A DNA stretch of 64,000 bases, taken from assembly GCA_963699285.1 (NCBI GenBank), contig OY969429.1, positions 1,018,300 through 1,082,299 of the forward strand, given 5' to 3'. The DNA comes from Vulcanimicrobiota bacterium (GTDB lineage: Bacteria; Vulcanimicrobiota; Vulcanimicrobiia; Vulcanimicrobiales; Vulcanimicrobiaceae). The translations under genes and the position numbers were made by a program. The notes beneath the pieces are model-generated. The model had not been told where the DNA came from, ran no database searches, and saw nothing but the letters and a program-made list of their open reading frames with translations. Shown here piece after piece: positions 59,389 to 64,000 of this stretch (positions are counted from its first letter, which is position 1; each line of letters opens with the position of its first letter).

Positions 59389-60773
59389 GCGAGTCGATGC
59401 GCGGACAGACGTGGCTGGTGATCGGTTTGGGAAAGAGCGGCGTCGCCTGCTGCAACGTTCTCGCCGAGCTCGGGGCCCGCGTTATCGTCACCGACGAGAA
59501 GCCGGTCGCGGAATTAACCGCCCGGATCGCCGAAGCCGGCGCCCACGCCACGTTCGTTGCGCCCGCGTCGCTTGACGCCGCGCTCGCGCAAGTGACGTCG
59601 GCGGTGCTTTCGCCGGGTATTCCGCTGACTGCGGCCGTCGTCGCCCGCGTCCGTGCGGCCAACGTTCCCATCGTCGGCGAGATCGAGCTCGCCTATCGCC
59701 TGTGCCGCGCGCCGATCGTTGCCGTTACCGGCACCAAGGGAAAGTCGACGGTGACCGCGCTGACCGGGCACTTGTTAGCCGGCGCCGGCAAGAACGTTCG
59801 CGTCGGGGGAAACATCGGGAACCCGCTGGTGAGCGAAGTGCGCGGGCTCGGACCAAACGACTGGGCCGTCGCGGAAGTCTCGTCGTTCCAGCTCGAAACG
59901 GTCGATCGGTTCAAGCCGCGCGTCGCCGTTCTGCTCAACGTCGCGCCCGATCACCTGGACCGGTACGCCTCGATGGAGGAGTACGCCGCCGCCAAGTTTC
60001 GCATTTTCGCCCGCCAGGACGAATCGGATGCGTTCGTGGGAAATCTCGACGACGCGCGCGTCGCCGCTCTCCGTAACGAAACCGCCCGGCCGCTTCGGGC
60101 AAAGCAGTCCTGGTTTACGCTGGCAGCGAATCGTGACGGGGCCACGATGTATCTTGCAAACGGGACGATTTTTTATGCGCCGGCAACGCCGGCTGCCCCG
60201 CCCGTGGAGGTGGCGTCGCTGGCGGAGATTCCGATCGCCGGGCGCCACAACGTCGGCAACGCGATGGCGGCCCTCTCGGCCGCAATCGCCGCCGGATGCG
60301 AACCCCGCCGGCTGCGCGCTGCGCTTGCTTCGTTCCGTCCGATGCCGCACCGGCTCGAACCCATCGCGGAAATCGACGGCGTCCTTTACGTCGACGACTC
60401 GAAGTCCACCAATCCCGAGTCCACGATCGCGGCGCTGCGCGCTTACGACCGCCCGATCGTGCTGATCGCCGGAGGCCGCGCCAAGGGAACGCCGTTTGCG
60501 GCTATGGGCGCGGTCGTTCGCGAGCGCGTCAAACGCTTGATCGCGATCGGCGAAGCGGCCGGCGAGGTCGTCGCGTGCTCGGGAGATACGCCGTCGCAGC
60601 GCGCGAGCTCCATGGAAGAAGCCGTCCGCGCCGCGCGCGATGCCGCCGTAGCGGGCGACGTCGTGCTGCTGTCGCCTGCCTGCGCGTCGTTCGACATGTT
60701 CGCGTCGGCCGAGGATCGCGGGGAGCGTTTCGTCCGGGCCGTTTCGGCGCTGCGGGAGCGAGCCGGTGCATAG
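59385..60773 (+). CDS. murD: UDP-N-acetylmuramoylalanine--D-glutamate ligase
   Basis: ATG 59385 (ATGA overlap with mraY) inside ORF 58443..60773. VIGLGKSG, VTGTKGKST, ..DDSKSTNP.. Confidence 0.9.
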   Translation: MSESMRGQTWLVIGLGKSGVACCNVLAELGARVIVTDEKPVAELTARIAEAGAHATFVAPASLDAALAQVTSAVLSPGIPLTAAVVARVRAANVPIVGEIELAYRLCRAPIVAVTGTKGKSTVTALTGHLLAGAGKNVRVGGNIGNPLVSEVRGLGPNDWAVAEVSSFQLETVDRFKPRVAVLLNVAPDHLDRYASMEEYAAAKFRIFARQDESDAFVGNLDDARVAALRNETARPLRAKQSWFTLAANRDGATMYLANGTIFYAPATPAAPPVEVASLAEIPIAGRHNVGNAMAALSAAIAAGCEPRRLRAALASFRPMPHRLEPIAEIDGVLYVDDSKSTNPESTIAALRAYDRPIVLIAGGRAKGTPFAAMGAVVRERVKRLIAIGEAAGEVVACSGDTPSQRASSMEEAVRAARDAAVAGDVVLLSPACASFDMFASAEDRGERFVRAVSALRERAGA

Positions 60774-61923
60774 CCGCAAAGTAACGGCGCGGCCGATCGA
60801 ACACGCGCCGCCGCGCTCCTACGTCGCGACCCCGCCCGACACGTGGTTGTTCGCCGCGGTTGCGGCGCTGGTCGCGTTCGGCCTGATTATGGTCTACAGC
60901 GCCTCGAGCGCGACCGCGTTCGCCGAACACGGCGATGCCGCCTACTATATGAAACGCCAGCTGGTGTGGCTCGTCGTTGGCTGCGTTCTGGCCGTCGCCG
61001 CTTTCCAAATGGACTACCAAAAGCTGCGAAAACCGGCGCCGTACCTCTTGCTCGGCGCGATCGTGCTGCTCGTTCTGGTGTTGGTCCCGCACGTCGGCCT
61101 GTCGGTCAACGGGGCGCGGCGTTGGATCGGCGCTTCCGCGGTTTCTCTACAGCCCTCCGAGTTCGCCAAACTCGCGCTGGTCGTGTACTTGGCCGCGATC
61201 CTCTCGACGCGCGGCGAGCGCATCACGCAGCTCGCGAGCGGTCTCGCACCGTTGTGCGTGCCGGTGTTCCTTCTGGCGCTGTTGGTTCTCAAGGAACCCG
61301 ACATGGGTACGGCCAGCATTTTCGTCTTCGTCGCTTTTACGATGTTCTTCGCCGCCGGAGCGCGGGTGCCGCACCTGGCCGCCATCGCGGCGGCGACGCT
61401 TCCGATCGTTCTCTTTACGGTGATGTCGAGCTCCTACCGCCGGGCTCGGATCTTTGCGTTCCTCGATCCATGGAAGGATCCGCAGAACACCGGATTTCAC
61501 ATCGTGCAATCTCTGCTGGCACTGGGAAGCGGAGGCCTGTTCGGCGTCGGGCTCGGAGCGTCGCGTGCGAAGTTCTTTTATCTGCCCGAGCAGTACACCG
61601 ACTTCATCTTCGCCGTTATCGGTGAAGAACTGGGCATGATCGGCGGTTTGTTCGTGCTCGCGGTCTTCGTCCTCATCGCGTACCGCGGCGTCAAGATCGC
61701 GCTCGCGGCAACCGACCGGTTCGGCTACTTTCTCGCCATCGGGTGCACGGCCATGATCGTGCTCCAAGCGTTCGTCAACATCGGCGTCGTCACGGCCTCG
61801 TGGCCCGTGACCGGCGTGCCGCTTCCGTTCATCTCGTTTGGCGGAAGTTCGCTGATCGTGAACCTGGTCGCGGTGGCGCTGGTGGCCAACGTCGGCCGCC
61901 GCCGCCGCGTCAACGCGCCCTAG
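60766..61923 (+). CDS. ftsW: SEDS family peptidoglycan glycosyltransferase FtsW
   Basis: 385 aa, polytopic. ..LQPSEFAKL.., LPEQYTDFIFAVIGEELG, PLPFISFGGSS. GTG start overlaps the murD end by 8 nt. Confidence 0.9.
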   Translation: MHSRKVTARPIEHAPPRSYVATPPDTWLFAAVAALVAFGLIMVYSASSATAFAEHGDAAYYMKRQLVWLVVGCVLAVAAFQMDYQKLRKPAPYLLLGAIVLLVLVLVPHVGLSVNGARRWIGASAVSLQPSEFAKLALVVYLAAILSTRGERITQLASGLAPLCVPVFLLALLVLKEPDMGTASIFVFVAFTMFFAAGARVPHLAAIAAATLPIVLFTVMSSSYRRARIFAFLDPWKDPQNTGFHIVQSLLALGSGGLFGVGLGASRAKFFYLPEQYTDFIFAVIGEELGMIGGLFVLAVFVLIAYRGVKIALAATDRFGYFLAIGCTAMIVLQAFVNIGVVTASWPVTGVPLPFISFGGSSLIVNLVAVALVANVGRRRRVNAP

Positions 61924-63038
61924 TGGCGGCGGCGTTGAAGGTGCTCTTCGCCGGCGGCGGCACCGGCGGTCACGTTTATCCCGCCATCGCGCTCGCGGAC
62001 GCGCTGGGAGCGCACGCCGATGCCGCGTTCGTGGGCACCGCCGGGCGCCTGGAATCCGATCTCGTTCCGGCTGCCGGCTATCCGCTGCACCTGGTTGCGA
62101 GCCGGCCCCTCGCGCGCAAAGCGCCGGTCGCATTGGCCGGCACGTTGGGCGCCAACGTCGCCGGCACGCTGGAGAGCTTGCGGCTCATCTCGGCGCTGCG
62201 ACCCGACATCGTCATCGCAACGGGCGGTTACGTCTGCTTTCCGGTCGTCCTCGCTGCACGGATCTTACGCGCGACGGGACGCTTTCGCGGCAAGATCGCG
62301 CTGCTCGAGCCCAACGCCAAGCCCGGTCTCACGAACCGGTTGCTGGCGCCGATGGTTGACGAAATTTGGGGAGCATTTCCGCGCACGGATCCACGTTTTC
62401 GTGGAAAATACGTGCGAACCGGCGTTCCGGTCCGCGCCGCGTTGCGCACGCTGCCGCAACGCACCGGTGCGATCGAGCGTCTCGGGCTCTCGCCCGCAGA
62501 CCACACCCTGCTCGCGCTGGGCGGGAGCCAGGGCGCGCGAACGATCAACGACGCGCTCGTCGCTCTCGTGTCGCAAGCGCGCTTCCCGCCCGGGTGGCAA
62601 CTGGTGCTCGTCACGGGCGAGAGCGATTACGCCCGCGTAAACGCGGCGCTGGGCACGGAGAACGCGCGAGTCGCGGTATTCCCCTACGTACCCGATCCAT
62701 CCGACGCGTACGCTTGCGCCGATCTGGTGCTCGCACGAGCGGGGGCTTCGACGCTGGGCGAACTCGCGGCAATCGGCCTGCCGGCGATATTGGTTCCCTA
62801 CCCGTACGCTTCCGACGACCATCAGGCCGCGAACGCCGAGGCCGTACGGAGCCGCGGCGCTGCCGTTACGGTTACCGACGCGCAGGTCGCGGCCGGCTCG
62901 CTCGCGGCCGTCTTGGCGGAGGCGACCGCGCCTGCGCGTCTGTCCGCTATGGCGCAGGCCGCCTCGGACGGCCGCGCCGGGGATGCGGTTGCGTCGATTC
63001 TCGCGCGGATTGACGCCCTGACGGCGCGAAAGAGCTGA
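61923..63038 (+). CDS. murG: undecaprenyldiphospho-muramoylpentapeptide beta-N-acetylglucosaminyltransferase
   Basis: Inside ORF 61743..63038. KVLFAGGGTGGHVYPA, ..GGSQGA.., ..RAGASTLGELAA..Q..NA. The start is GTG 61923 or TTG 61935. Confidence 0.9.
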   Translation: MAAALKVLFAGGGTGGHVYPAIALADALGAHADAAFVGTAGRLESDLVPAAGYPLHLVASRPLARKAPVALAGTLGANVAGTLESLRLISALRPDIVIATGGYVCFPVVLAARILRATGRFRGKIALLEPNAKPGLTNRLLAPMVDEIWGAFPRTDPRFRGKYVRTGVPVRAALRTLPQRTGAIERLGLSPADHTLLALGGSQGARTINDALVALVSQARFPPGWQLVLVTGESDYARVNAALGTENARVAVFPYVPDPSDAYACADLVLARAGASTLGELAAIGLPAILVPYPYASDDHQAANAEAVRSRGAAVTVTDAQVAAGSLAAVLAEATAPARLSAMAQAASDGRAGDAVASILARIDALTARKS

Positions 63039-63043
63039 CGTTG

Positions 63044-64000
63044 ATGACTCGTGGAGATTGGCATTTCGTCGGAATCGGCGGCATAGGCATGAGCGCGATC
63101 GCGCGCATCTTACTCCAGCGCGGCGAGAGGGTCTCCGGCTCGGACGTGAGGGAATCCCCGCTGCTCGAGCGGTTGCGGGCCGAAGGCGCCCGCGTCGAGA
63201 TCGGCCACGATGCGGCCAACATCAACGGTGCGAAGACGGTCGTCGTGAGCTCGGCCATCGACCAGCGTAACCCCGAGTACGTCGCCGCGCGGCGTGCCGG
63301 AATTCCGACGCTGCACCGCGGCGAGATACTTGCCAAGCTACTGCGCGCGGGGCGCGGCATCGCGATTTGCGGCACGCACGGCAAGACGACGACGACCGCG
63401 ATGACGCACGCGGCCCTACGCGCCGGCGGGATCGACGCGACGCTGGTTCTGGGCGGCATCGATGCGGTGCTCGACACCAACGGCCACAGCGGCGCCTCGC
63501 CGTGGTTCGTGACCGAAGCCGACGAGTCCGACGGTTCGTTCGCACTGCTGGATCCCGAGGTCGCCGTCGTACTCAACGTCGAGAACGACCATCTGGCCAG
63601 CGACGACGAACTTCCCAATCTCGTCCGCTTGTTCGAAGAGTTCTTGCGCAAGGTTCCCGCCGAAGGCACGGTAATCGCCGGCGTCGACAACGCGCTTTCG
63701 GCTTCGCTTGCCGGCATCGCGCGCAACGCGCGCACGACGACCTTCGGCTTTTCGTCGAGCTCCGGCATTCGCGCGGTCAACCTTCACCACGACGGGTTGG
63801 GCACGCGCTTCGACGCGATCGCGGGCGGCGTGTGTTTGGGAACGGTCGAATTGACGGTTCCGGGCGCGATTAACGTCGAGAACGCGCTGGCGGCCATCGC
63901 CGTGGCGCGGCACTTGGAAATTCCGTTTGCGACGATCGCGCAAGCGCTTCACGATTTTCGCGGCGTGCGCCGGCGGTTCGACGTCCTGGCGCGCACGGAG
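63044..64000 (+). CDS. murC: UDP-N-acetylmuramate--L-alanine ligase, 5' part (runs off the window end)
   Basis: Not in the ORF track because no stop is reached. ATG 63044 gives MTRGDWHFVGIGGIGMSAIA..GSD.., ICGTHGKTTTT, ..EADESDGSF.. Confidence 0.9.
   Translation, partial: MTRGDWHFVGIGGIGMSAIARILLQRGERVSGSDVRESPLLERLRAEGARVEIGHDAANINGAKTVVVSSAIDQRNPEYVAARRAGIPTLHRGEILAKLLRAGRGIAICGTHGKTTTTAMTHAALRAGGIDATLVLGGIDAVLDTNGHSGASPWFVTEADESDGSFALLDPEVAVVLNVENDHLASDDELPNLVRLFEEFLRKVPAEGTVIAGVDNALSASLAGIARNARTTTFGFSSSSGIRAVNLHHDGLGTRFDAIAGGVCLGTVELTVPGAINVENALAAIAVARHLEIPFATIAQALHDFRGVRRRFDVLARTE

Overview
GC-rich (about two-thirds G+C by eye, not computed) chromosomal segment from a diderm-type bacterium. 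I cannot assign a phylum from sequence alone. The content is almost entirely housekeeping, and I support about 60 protein genes. In order they are: (1) a nucleotide-heptose/glycan cassette (UDP-sugar dehydrogenase, Gfo/Idh/MocA oxidoreductase, HddC-like nucleotidyltransferase, methyltransferase, gmhA-like, gmhB, transaldolase-family gene). (2) An envelope-remodelling operon on the minus strand: ftsE-ftsX-REC/GGDEF-M23 (EnvC-like)-two S41 Ctp peptidases. (3) Acyl-CoA dehydrogenase, peroxiredoxin, rmuC and dienelactone hydrolase. (4) A 1409-aa 2-oxoglutarate dehydrogenase that fuses two lipoyl domains, an E3-binding domain, an E2-like core and E1o. (5) TspO, LOG, yciH and a P450. (6) lrp-kdd-kamA (lysine/beta-lysine genes). 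(7) A peptide SBP, an amidohydrolase, pntAA-pntAB-pntB and an FAH-family gene. (8) polA, DUF192, mutM, rpsA, coaE and a KGG stress protein. (9) LPS/lipoprotein envelope genes (LptC-like, lnt, LptD-like, LptF/G, SLT). (10) A complete 5' half of the dcw cluster, mraZ-rsmH-ftsL-ftsI-murE-murF-X-mraY-murD-ftsW-murG-murC, where X is a CofE/F420-ligase-fold gene tightly coupled between murF and mraY. I consider X the most interesting candidate for undescribed biology. I found no rRNA, convincing tRNA, CRISPR array, transposase/integrase or recognisable defence system. Other notable points: an ~80-nt triple-hairpin intergenic element occurs at two loci with a compensatory stem substitution, and a textbook promoter plus 10-bp-periodic MraZ boxes lie upstream of mraZ. 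At least six genes, including rpsA and pntB, are broken by single-nucleotide indels. That suggests consensus errors or pseudogenisation and should temper every start/stop call here. Many starts are GTG/TTG, and many adjacent genes overlap by ATGA/GTGA.
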